The notes under the pieces are model-generated. The model had not been told where the DNA came from and did no database searches. It was given only the letters and a program-made list of their open reading frames with translations. A stretch of DNA of 64,000 nucleotides from Raillietiella orientalis (Eukaryota): positions 5,270,001 to 5,334,000 of the forward strand of contig JAYWIR010000002.1 in the NCBI GenBank assembly GCA_036172245.1, written 5' to 3'. A program made the position numbers and the translations under genes. Below, one piece after another: positions 48,401-59,600 of this stretch. Each line of letters starts with the position of its first letter. The first letter of the stretch is position 1.

Positions 48401-51400
48401 GGGATTGTCGTCTGGACATTCTTTGAGTTGTTGTTTGCCCTCTCTAAGCAGTGAAGGCCACTTGCTACTGACGCTTCCCGAGGCATAGCTCATGGAATTT
48501 GCTCTGCCTCCTTACATAAAGTTGTTTAAATTCTTGCACGGAACTGAAGGGTCTCACGGTAGCATGAACAGCGCTGCGGACTATGGAAAACCAAAGGAAA
48601 ACAACACTGGTATATAAACAAGAGCTTCTCCGTTGATTCTTAGGAGAAATACCGCTTTTGCATAGTTTGGTGGCAACTTCGTTGCAAGACGGTCTTTTAC
48701 TTGGCTGAAAACAATTAATCGCAAACAGGAGCTCAAAATGAACTTTAAAAGTTCGAGGTCGCCATACTGTATTGAAATCAAAATGAGAAAACGCAAGAAT
48801 TGTAGGAAAGAGAGGGTTGTATTCAGTAAGATGTCATTCCTCAGTCTTTCACAACTTACGACAGTCCCACAGAACCATTTCCGTGCAGAGAGGAACGGAG
48901 TGACATAATATACGACACACTGTAGGTAAAGGAACAAGACAAGTCCAGTTGAAGAGTCACCGATATTTCACGTCAGAAGGAGAACATTGCTTCCAGAATT
49001 CTCGATCTAACGACGCACGTGAAATTTCTTAGTGGTCATTATCAGTGAGCTTTTCGTTCGTGGACAATTGAACTCAAACAGCATGAACGATGTGTTCGGG
49101 GATTCACAAAGATTATGCTGGAACTTTCCCTCTGGAACGCTACAGAACCAACACAGGAGCGGAAGGAAGGAAGGTACAACTAATGCTTCTCATCCTTATA
49201 TTCAGAATTTGGATTTTTCTTTTTTTCCCTCTCAGACGTAAATTCGGATGATCCGAATGGATTTTACAGAAGAAACAGTCTTCATCGTATCCTCAAGTGA
49301 AGAAGAATAAATGACGGGTGCTCTAATGCTTTCAAAAAGTAGGGAATTCGTTCCGCATTCCATTTTGAGCTCACGCATGCGGCTTGGAACTCTATGGAAC
49401 AAATGCAAGAGGTCTCTACAACACACACTGCAAACGCGTTCCATTAAATCGTCAACGCGTATGGCTTCACTTTGATCTTAGCCAAAAGGCCGAGAAGCGA
49501 TTCCAAGCGTACGGCTTCTAAGGTGAACGCGTTCTTGTCCTTTCCACGGTATTTGCTTCCTATAGGAAGGGTTTCCTTGTTGTTCTTCTGTTCTTAGTTT
49601 TGATGGGTGGGGAAAAAAGTCTTGTTCATAAATGCTTAGTGGTTTCACCGGGAGTTCTGTCTTTTTTTTTTTTTTTTTTTTAAAAAACAAGAGAACTACC
49701 GGTGCTGACGCACCCTGGTTACGCTTGTGCTCAGACCTAGCGTCTCGATAGACGCCTAACGACCATGCTCAAAGTGTAAAGAGAGAGAGAGAATTGATAG
49801 AAGAGGACAAATTGAAATCTGCGGTGAGATATTCGGTCACCTCTCAACAGAACAAGTGGAACCGGAAAGAAAAAAAAAGAAAGAAAGAAAAAGAAAAAAA
49901 AACAGCGGGAGGAGGGGAGAGGGAAACGTCCCAACCGAGACGTATTCCTCCAAGAAGCAACTTGAGTCTTGCTGTTTCGAAACACCACCTCGAGCCGCAA
50001 GGGTCAACACAAAAAAAGTACTCAACAGCGCAGCCGTACAGCACGCGCGCGCACTGCTGTGTTGAGATCGCTGTCGCGAGCGAGCGCCTCCACTTCTGTT
50101 GGGCAAGCGGTGCTCAGAACGCTCTTCCGAACGCAACAGATATAAAAAGTATCGGCATCAATAGGCATTCTGGGGACTTGCCGAGTGGGAATTGGCCGGG
50201 GCTCCTTCGCGCGGGGGGAGGAGGAAGAGAGCCGTTTTCGGGATTTTCGACGGAAAGTCGAGTTGCCAGACGCTCGATGTTAGTCCGCCAGCCAGATGGC
50301 GACATCCCGAGACGCCGGCAGATTGGAAAGTCTGGACAAGAAGTTTGCACGAAGGGTCGTCCGCCCGTAGGATTACGGGGAAGGGGGAGGGAGGGACGCC
50401 TAGCGCATCGTCGCTGCCTTCTCCAAGGCCACGCTCGTTTCGGATACGACGAGCAACCGCAAGCAAAAACCCTCCCAGGAGAAATTGAACGGCAGCGACG
50501 GTGCCTCAGGAGACTGGGATCTCGCGTTCAGGTACCTGGATGGATTTTCTCTGGAGAGAGAGACCACTTCACTCCCGGCAGAGACTCCCGAGATCGGAAC
50601 GAGAACGGGGACGGAGGAGCGTGGAAGAGGAAGCGAACAGTCCGCGAAGACGACCGTGAACAGGATCAGCAGGCTGCCTGGCAACGGAGATGGCATGCAA
50701 ACCCTCGCTGCCTCTTGCACGGCTTGATGACTCGGAAAAAACACATCCAGCGTGATGCTGAGAACCCCTCGGGCTGGGATGGGATGGCCTGCGACGAAGG
50801 AAAGAACCGATTGGAGGGAAACCGGCGTGCGTGCGCGGCCCCACGTGGAGGGAGTCAGCCGTGCACCGCGAAGCGCGCATTCGGAAGACCCTCGGGATGT
50901 GTTTTCGCGAGCGCACGAACCAGCACTCTGGAGCGGGAACCATCGGTCACGGAGAGGAAGAGGGGGGGAACCAAGGAGTGATCCAATCGTGTCGGCGTTG
51001 TGTCACGGACACGGTTCCTAGAGAGGCTGCTGGAGCGGGAACCCTCTTGACCTGGTGCTGCTTTCCTTCTGGCAGCGAACCCCGCGCCTTCGCGCCAGGA
51101 TCCTTTTGACGACCGGCAACCGAATCAGCCTGCTGGGGTCACCTCCAGTCTCCTAGGTCGCTGTTCACGACGAAGAGGCCAATCCCTCCGTCGGAGGCCA
51201 AAGTGCACGTCAGCATCACCGAAGAAGCGTTCCGGGAGATGATGGACGAGGGCGAAATGGTCGTGGCTTGCACGTTGCTCGGCGACCACTACGGACTCGC
51301 GAAGAGCGTCCTGCGCGAAGCTGCGAGGAAGAGGAAGCTGGTGGCCACCTGCCTCCCCGTCGAGGCAGCCCTGCAGCTCAACCTCTGCAGCTTCGAGGCG

Positions 51401-54400
51401 CGGTTTGTGCTGGTCGAGATGGCAGCGACTCCCGCAACACGCGGCGGCGGCCACGATCCGAGAGATCCAGCGCCGCCGCCCCCCGAGGACCCGGAGAAGC
51501 GCTGCCGCCCCTGCTGCCCCCAGCAATGTTCCCAGATCCCTTCTCCGCTCCCTTCCTGGAGCAGCCGCGCCCAGTACCTGGCGTTCGGCACGCTCGAGCA
51601 AGCTTCTCTCCCTGGGGGAACGACGGAGGTGAGTGGTGAGAAGCGCAGCTGCGAGCAACAGCCGCATCAGATCGAGGGAAAGGGAGGGGGAACAAGAAGA
51701 GAGGGAAAATGGGAACAGTCTATGCTAAAAGAGAGAACAGAAGAAGAGGAGAAAGAGAAGGAGGAGGAGAAGGAAGGTTTTTCTAAGCGCCCCCTTCTGC
51801 GGGGGAGCTGCGAAGCGACCGGAAGAAAAGTCCAGGTCGCGTACCCGCCGGTCCGTTTGCGTGGGGGAGGAAGGGGGGGGAGCGCCCAGGATCCGCCACT
51901 TCTTCATTCCCTTGGTAGGGACGAGAGGACATGTCAGCCCCCCCGAAGGGACGGCCTGCTCCACTCCAGGGCGAAAGGAGGTCCCGCAGATGTTTGGAGA
52001 AAACTCTTCTTCCTCTCTGGGCAAGCAGTGCCAGCACGACAGTAGTCGGCCAGGAGCGGCCGTTCCCCGAGCCTCGTTGCCAGGAGCGGGCAACGACGAG
52101 CGATGTTTTCCGGTTGGGCGGAGCGGCGACGCGAACCTCCTGGACTTCGACTGGACCGGCGCGCCGACTTGCTGGGACCATCCCCCGCTTGACCTGGCCA
52201 GGCGTTTGCGTGCGCTCCTTCCTTCCCTTCCTCCCACCTCACCTATGGGGGGAGCGATCGATGAAGAGGGAGCGAGAGGAAGGGGAGGGCGAGACGGAAG
52301 CGCGGCGACGACGACACGCCTCAGGCCTCTGTCCGCTTTCTCTCCTCCTCATCCCCTCCTCCGCCTCTCCATCGACCCCCTCTCTGCTGGCAGCAAATCA
52401 GCGAAGCCGCCCTCTCCCTTTGAGTCTCGAAATCTATCCACGTGAGGTTCGCTCCTGCCGGGAAGAGGAAGAATCCGAAACCACCCTACAACCTCCAATC
52501 TGTGGCCCAAGTGCAGCCACACACAGCAACAACCAGAATCTTCCGTCCATCCCGAACCGTCGCTGGGGGCGAGGGGGAGGTCATTTGACAGCCTCTGCGG
52601 CATGAAGATGGAGCGAGTTCGGCGACACCACCTCGGAGGCGGGTCGTCCTGGCGTTCCCGGAACAGTGCCCGAGCGCGCGCGGTTCGCCGGAACCCCCTT
52701 TTTTTCCCGTCTGGCCGTCGCGCGCTGCCGACTGGGTGTGGGACGAAGTGTAGGCAGGAGGCGGCGAAAATTGGAGGCTGGACAGGAAATCCAGGGCGGA
52801 CGCTTGCCAACTTGCATCAAACGCTTGCAGCTGCTCACTGCGGAGCGGGTAGAAGGGGTGGGAGTGGGGTGGGATGTGGGTGGGGTTCCACGCCTCCGCG
52901 GACGCGAAGCGCATGGCGACGCAAAATGGAATTCGCCGACGCAGGGACGGAGCCGTTCCACTGGCTTCGAGCCCGTGAGCGCGCGCGCGCCGTTGGCGTA
53001 GGGAAGAACCAGATGGAAAGGGGGATGGAAGCGGGGAGATAAGGAGGAGGAGGGGACGGTGACGACGACGGCGACGGCGACGATTGCGAAGAAGCTTCCG
53101 GGTTCTGGGGGGAGCTCTCAAAGGCAGAGAAAGGGGGGTCGGTGGCCACCCGCAGAGTCTTCCTTCCCCCAACCCGGGAGGGTGTCCGGCTGCTGCACCT
53201 CGCCAAGCAGATTCGGGACCGAGTGCGCAAAACGCCCTACCTCTTCCCCGTTAAGGCCTTACTGACCTCGCACCGGTTTCCTACCAGACTGGGCTCCGCG
53301 GAAGCGTGGAGGCTCCCTGTGGCTGCCCGCCAGTTCTGGACCTCGGAAGCGCGCCTTTCGGCCCAGCGGTCCCCGGGTGTGCTACCGACGGGCAGCGTCC
53401 GCCAGACAAAGCGACAGGTAAGAGAAGACAGAGGCAGCGGAAGGGGGAGGGGAGAGAACTCACGCTCCTTGGAAATGAAGTCGCTACCGGTCGCTCCGAA
53501 GTGCGCTAAGGACCGCGTCACAGCCCGCATCTTCACGCGGAACTTCTTCCTCCGTCGGTGGGTAGGCAATGCGTGACGCGATGAGACGCCAAAAAAAAAA
53601 AACGCTCAACTGTCCGAACGTTCTTGACATGTCTTTCCTTTTCTCTCTCTCTCTCTCTCTTTCTAAATGGACCGGATTCATTTTGAGAACGCTCGTTGCG
53701 TCGCCATGGCCGCTTCCGGAACATACTCTCGGGAAACACGCGGGAGAGGAAAGGAACTCTTTCTCGGAATCGCACGCGCATCCATCCACAGTTGGATCCT
53801 CCACGGCGCGGCCACCACCATGAAATGGATGCAGTTTTGCGCCTTCCTCCGAGGAGCCGTCTGTTTCTGAATGGCAAAGAAAAAAAGGAAAAAAAAACGA
53901 TTTTTCGTGGCACCTTCAAAACGAGGAAGGGAGCCGAGTCCATCGGCGTTTCTGCGCATGCCTGAGGGGTGGGAGGGAAGAAGACTTCGAAATTTCATGT
54001 GCTCGAGAGAGATCGTCCCTCTTGAGAAAATTTGCTTTCGAATGGGAAAGGTTGCTGGGGACATTTCAGGGTCTCGTAGGCAGGGCTGGGAGGTACGAAA
54101 TTCGGCTCCGGGCGAAGGACGTCTCCTCCCGAAGTCGAATTCGTACCTCCCCCTCCTCCCTTCTGCAACTTTCCACCTTGCATTGTCGCGCGATCGCTAC
54201 CCGTTGAGGACAGTCAGATTGGATTGCTGCCTGCCCGCCGCAAGGTATTCGGGGAAAGAAGGACCGGTTCTTTGCCGAGGATGCTTCTGAAAGCTTCAGC
54301 CCCACGGTTCCGTCTTCGCGGTGCCGAGTTCAGGGGAGGCCGACGCGCCCAGACAAGGCGAAGCGAAAGTCCTGCACCTTGCGGGAAGACTCTACGTTTG

Positions 54401-54651
54401 TTTTTTTCCTCTCTGCGGAGCACCGGGCGCTCCTCCCATGGACGACCCGTGAGAAGCAACTCACTAATCAGTAAGGAAATCTTCGGTCTGGGACGCCGCC
54501 CTGCTCTTCGAGAAGCGTTCGAGGAGGGACCGTGACGGATTCGCTAGTGCAGGAGATAAGGAGAAAGGAATGTAATGGATCCACGGGGATCTCGCGACGA
54601 GCTGAGAAGCGTCAGCGGGAAAGCTGGATTCCGATCAAGGTCTCGCGCTGC

Positions 54652-55330
54652 GCCCGCCTCGGCGGCCTCGTGGCTGCGGCTTCGTGCGAGGCGCCTCATC
54701 AGCCGTCGCGGGTTCGAATCCCTCCCGGGGAGGGTCGACGCCGAGAAGTCGTGGGTTGAGTCCTGGGTTTCCGAGTCCCCTCCCCCCGCAGGATAAGCCG
54801 GTTGGCTCACGAGCTCCAGGCTAGGCGGCGAATCCGAAAACTACCGGGTTTCCCCGTCGACTTGTCTTCGGTCTAGGAAGATGACCCAGGAATCAAGGAG
54901 TCCTTCGGGTTTCCCCTCCGTTTTGGAAATGGGACCGTGCCATGGAGCTGCTCGATACTCCCCCTCGGACAGTCGCCTCTTCAGAGTGTCCGAAACGCGC
55001 CACTCCCTTAGGGGGGCGGCCCTTCAGAGAAAATGGGGAGCGTCCGTTCGGAGCTCTCTTCCGAGGGAGAGGGAACAGGGAGAGGATCCTTTATGCGTTC
55101 CCTTCGAAGAAGAAAATGAGGAGCGACCACCTCCAGGGGGTCCCTCCAGAAAGAGAGAGGAAAAAGAGATTCCCTTCGGGGTTCCCTCTCAAGCGTAAGG
55201 GGAAAGGACTCCAGCCTCCTGAGCCTTCCTGGATTCATAGGGTGATCCCTCCAGGCTATCCCCTATAACTTGAAGAAGAGTAGACACGCACCCTAGGGTG
55301 GAGCGGACAGTGTCGAAGAGCTTCGTGATG
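54652..55330 (+). mobile_element. Long tRNA-headed SINE-like element, first copy of tandem cluster 2
   Basis: Head GCCCGCCTCGGCGGCCTCGTGGCTGCGG..GTCGCGGGTTCGAATCCC, shared body and 3' block CCTTCCTGGATTCATAGGGTG..CACGCACCCTAGGGTG. Confidence 0.85.
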
Positions 55331-55454
55331 GCTTCGTGAGCTTTCGTGGATGCAGCGTGGTTCCAGGCTGCATCCACGGAAGAAGAAATCCACGATGGCA
55401 GAGCAAAAGTGGGGGAGGGATCGCAATGCCAGACCGGCCCGCTGACACCTCCTC

Positions 55455-56336
55455 GACCTCGTCGGAGGCTTTGTAGTTACGGTGGTCTCTGCGCGTGGCA
55501 CCACCAAGTGTCGCGGGGTTCGAATACTCCGACAGAAATCGACTCAGTACGTCGTGGGTTCCGAATCCCTCCTGCGAGATGACGCTGGTTGGCCTACATT
55601 CATTCGGGGTGGCCCTGGTTGCGGTTCAAACCGGATGCTTCCGATGAGGGCAGTGGGGAATCGACCTCCAGGTCCCTTCAGGAATCAAGAAGTGGGAGTT
55701 CTTTCCCTTTGGTTGTGCAAAGGAGAGCGAACCCCTCAGTGTGGGGGACCTCTCCGGTTCGTTCTGATGGAGTAAGTGTGTGGTCATCTCTCCAGGGAGT
55801 GCAGAGAAGCGAGCCGATCACTTCGGGGAACCCCGACTCTCTGAGAAGATTCGGGAGCGTCCCTTCGGGGTTCTCTTCAGAGGAGGAGGAAACAGGAGCG
55901 GAGTTCCCTCTGGAGAAGAAATTCCTACTAGCGGATCCTTTCCGGTTTCCTTTGGCGAAGAAAAATGAAGCGAACTTCCCCGGAGGGTTCCTCCGGAGAG
56001 AATAAGGAAGGAGATTCCCTTCTGGGTTCCTTTCCTTCGGAGACAACCTCGTGATCTCCATTCCGGGAATTCCTCCCTAGGCGTGAGAGGAACAAACTCC
56101 GAGCCCTTTCTGGATTCATAGGACGGAGCCCTCCCGAGGTACCCCCTATCTTGAAGAATTACACGCACCCTCGGGTGGCTTGGAACGTGTGAAAGAGCTG
56201 CGTGAGCCGGCTCCAGGGGCGAGGCGGCTCTTGAGACATTGAGCGAATTAAAAACAAAGAAAGCACGAAAAAAAAAATAAAAAAGCTGGAAGGAAAACGG
56301 CGAAGACAGAAAAAGAAGAACCCATAGGATTGGCAC
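55455..56336 (+). mobile_element. Long tRNA-headed SINE-like element, young full-length copy (about 880 nt)
   Basis: Head with GGGGTTCGAATAC B-box, second B-box-like GTGGGTTCCGAATCCC, body about 97% identical to 11437-12043, A-rich tract, conserved tail, immediately followed by T6 (56337-56342). Confidence 0.88.
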
Positions 56337-56349
56337 TTTTTTCACAAAC

Positions 56350-56700
56350 CTCTCCTTCATTCTCTCCCTCCGGAGAGAATGAAGGAGAGGAGGTTCCCTT
56401 CGGGGTTCCTTTCCTCCTAAGCGTAAGAGGAACGGACTCCTTCCTCCGAACCCCTCCCCGCACTCATGGGGTGGTCCCATTTCGGGATGACTCCCTATAA
56501 CTGGAGGGGTGACATGCATCCTCGTGTGGCATGGACAGTTAAGAGACTTTGTGATTCCCCTCCTCCCCCAAGGAGAGGAACAGTTCGTCAGCACTTAGCG
56601 AGACAATAAAGAAAAAAAACAAAAAAGCTGAAAGGGAAGCAGCGAAAACTGGAGGAGAACCCCAAAGGATTGGCCTAGGATGATTTCCATCATCTTAGGC
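56350..56700 (+). mobile_element. 3' part of a long SINE-like element, third unit of cluster 2
   Basis: CCTCCGGAGAGAATGAAGG..GTTCCCTTCGGGGTTCC..AAGCGTAAGAGGAACGGACTCC, A-rich tract, tail GAACCCCAAAGGATTGGC. Confidence 0.75.
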
Positions 56701-57329
56701 CAACAGTGCCAACCCCCTCCCCTACTTGAGATCGCTACTGGCCTTTTAATGGATCTCGCGCTTCCCTAAATCTCTGCATTCCGAGCGCACGCGATGCGTT
56801 TGGAGAACGGTCCACACGCTGCCGCTCTCCATACCAGAGCGGATCCTGCAGAGCAGCTCCCGATGATGCAGCCGCGCATTGATGCTTATTACCGTGTCGA
56901 GGAAGCAGACACGGGAGGCGACAGCGTTTGCGAATTTTCCATAAGATGGGACGGAAGACCAGATGAGAAAGGTCCCAAGTGGGTTAGGTTGAGGATTCCC
57001 GGAAACGAAGTTGGGAGATCCCAAAGATGGGCGTGCGTGCCTTGCAGGAGGGAACGTTTCGCGTCCCGGCGCCCATCTTCCAGTAACAAAGGATGGCGTG
57101 CGCCTCAGTGAACACGGGGAAGCGAACCACCGCTCGCTCGTCAGCGCGGAAGTCGGAACGAAAGGATCCTCTAGGAGTCACGGACCCGCCTTCTCAAGGC
57201 GTGGGTCTGTCTCGTATTGGCCCACGTCTACAGACGCGGTCCCACAGATGCGAGGGAAGCTTCAAGCAGTTGTGAGGTGGAGGTTTCCTTCCTCCACCCC
57301 ATCCCTCTTTCCCTTAGAGTGACAGCACT

Positions 57330-59600
57330 GTGTGCATCCACGCGAACACCTGTTTCCCCTAGAATCCTCTGAAATCTCACCACCGAGCAAGATGGGGGAC
57401 ACTCGGAGATGCATGCGTTCGCCGCCATCCCTTTTCCCTCTTTTCCCGTCCGACGCTTGGGAACACCGTTCTTGCGAAGCCATGGGGTCTCCTTGGGCGT
57501 CTGCCGAGCGTCTGCTAAGCACCTCTTGCGCGCGGCACCACGGTGGTGGAGCGCGACAACACAATGCGCAGCATCTCTCCTCTCCTGACTTCAAAGAGGA
57601 AGATTCCCGAACTTTAAAGGCGCTCGTACTTCTTTTTGGTTACTACGCACCGTGCCGCACACGCAACCCGTCCGAGGAACGGGAAGAAAGCCGAGCTTCA
57701 TTCCGAACACGGAACCGGAGGCTCTCTTGGCCACCAGCCCCTCTGAGCCAGAAGGGGATGCTTCCGTCATTGCTGACACAGCAGACTCCTCCACAACTTT
57801 GACATCCTCGCAATTGGAAGCTGCGCTGTTCCTGCTTGCGCCCTTCCTTTCTTCATTACCTTTTCTTCCTGTGTGTTTGCTCTCCTCGTTGTTCTGCCAG
57901 GTACGGCCTCTTCAGGAAGTCGGGGAGCCAGAAGCGAATGCCCGCGTTCGAACTTCCTGCTGACACTTGCGGAGGGACAAGCGCTCGCCTTTCGCATCAG
58001 CCCACACTCTCAAGTCAAACTTGCGAGTGGGGGAAGATGGGAAGAAGGTGGAACGCATCCTCAGCGAGTGGACGGATGTGGCCGGCGATTCCAGCAAGAA
58101 TTCGCGGTTTGTGGGGGGCAAGCGGTTAGTTTGCGTTGATTGCACAAGCGTCTCTGCTTGATAATGCAAGAAGCTTCAGTTTCCCACCCGCCCCCCGTTA
58201 TCGAACGCCCGAAGTCCAGTGTGGGCAAACCTTCAGGCGCCAAGTGAAACCTTTGGGAGATCCATCAGATGAACGAAGACCCGTCCGCAGATTCCGATCG
58301 ATGTTGTTCCGTGTACACCGGGCACCCGCAGCTCTTGCTGCGACGCGTCTCCATTCGGACGGGGAGGAGCCGAAATTCCTCCAGATACGCGATCCTCAGG
58401 GAGTTCCGACTCGCCCCACCAGGATTCGTGGTCCTCTCCTCCTTTTGCTCGTCTTCCACGAAGGGCATCCGTCGGGAGCCGAGGCCGTAGCAGAGCGCGC
58501 GCCTTCGCGTTTCCCGCTGCGGGAGGAGGACAAAACACGCACGCGCCGCGAAGTTCTCCACTCTCGGGAGAGCTTGCGACCACTCCCTTCGGGTTCGTCC
58601 CTTTCGCTTTCAGCTGGGGAGTTTCCCTCCTCCCGCGAAACCAGAGCCTCCCTTTGGCTTCGCGGATCGTCCCGGACCCAGAGAATTCGCTTCCTCCGTT
58701 CCACTGCCGTGCACGCCGTTTGCCGCACACACTCCGGCCCTCTCGATTGCTGCTGCCCTGCGGCGCGTTTGGTCCTTCCAATTCGCCTCCGTGTGGACAG
58801 TGGGCCTCGATCCTTCGTTGCGACAGTGGATGCCTTTTGGGGTTTCCCCTCTCCGTGCACGGAGGGGAAGGCATATTCATCATCCAAAACCCGGGCCTCT
58901 CGTTTTTCCCCTCTCTGCTCGCTCCTTCTAACTCTCCTGCGGCAGCGCAAGCTCGCGATCTTTGAACTCATACCTGTTTTTTTTCTCTCTCTCTCTCGTT
59001 CCTCTCTCCACCCATCTGATGATGCAGAAAATGGAGAGAAAGGAATGCACTCCGCGAACCAGAAAGACGAAGTGGAAGATGACCTCTGGAGATTGAGAAA
59101 TAGCGACCCGGAATTCTTCCACCACGAAATCCACGACGCGGGGATCGCCGACGCGAAGGAGAAAATCAGGATTTGGGCGGACAGGTTCTACGAGGAGGTG
59201 CAGAAGAAAGCGAGGATGGAGGTCCCGCTCGCCGACCCGCAGGTCGTCTCCGAACTACAACGCCTCCTGAGGCGGAGCACCCACCTGGATCTCCGGTCCC
59301 AACCTGTGCACGTCCCGATCAACGTATGAGAGCCCCAAGGGCGCGCATCCCATTCAAACGGAGCAGGGGAATGCGCGCTCCGAGGTCCGAGGTCTGCGGA
59401 GTTTCTGCCGAATGTGAGGGAACTCCAGCCCAACCCTGCTGTGTCCCGCCTCCTCCCGGAGCTGAGAGCGACGGTGCAGGCGAAATTGCAAGCGGAAATA
59501 AAAGCAAATAGCAACGGGTGCCACTTCCCTACTCGCCTGAATAGAGGGTTGCATCAGAGAGGTGGCATCTCCTGTCATAGGAACGGAGGAGTCCTCCGAT
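57330..59600 (+). mobile_element. Second decayed Ty3/gypsy gag-pol relic(s)
   Basis: gag TLKALVLLFGYYAP..NP.EER..SFRTRN; RT-like FHEGHPSG..APSRF; RNase H-like FVATVDAF; RT thumb-like PQVVSELQRLL. Confidence 0.55.

Larger units (their letters stand above)
50060..57300 (+). mobile_element. Decayed, largely colinear Ty3/gypsy LTR retrotransposon, interrupted by SINE cluster 54652-56753
   Basis: Candidate 5' LTR 50060-50294 (TG..CA, TATAAAAA at 50141), PBS-like TGGCGAC 50297-50303, gag (GDWDLAFRYLDGF; RLLE), protease (VSITEEAFREM..GDANLLDFDW), RNase H (TREG..LAKQIRD..LLTSHR), LPV..KDRV..RW, zinc finger (HGAATTMK), core (KEGPVL; SSHGRPVRS). After the SINEs: GPHAAA..DPAEQL..GDSV..PKW. No 3' LTR recognised. 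Confidence 0.7.

Noticed and set aside
53780..53830. HSWILHGAATT resembling the tyrosine-recombinase HSFRIGAAT motif
   Set aside because: Its position between RNase H and integrase core fits the gypsy H2C2 motif (H.G...MK) better.
55635..55775. Hammerhead ribozyme in the SINE (CCGATGAG / CTGATGG)
   Set aside because: No intact CUGAnGA..GAAA core with flanking stems.
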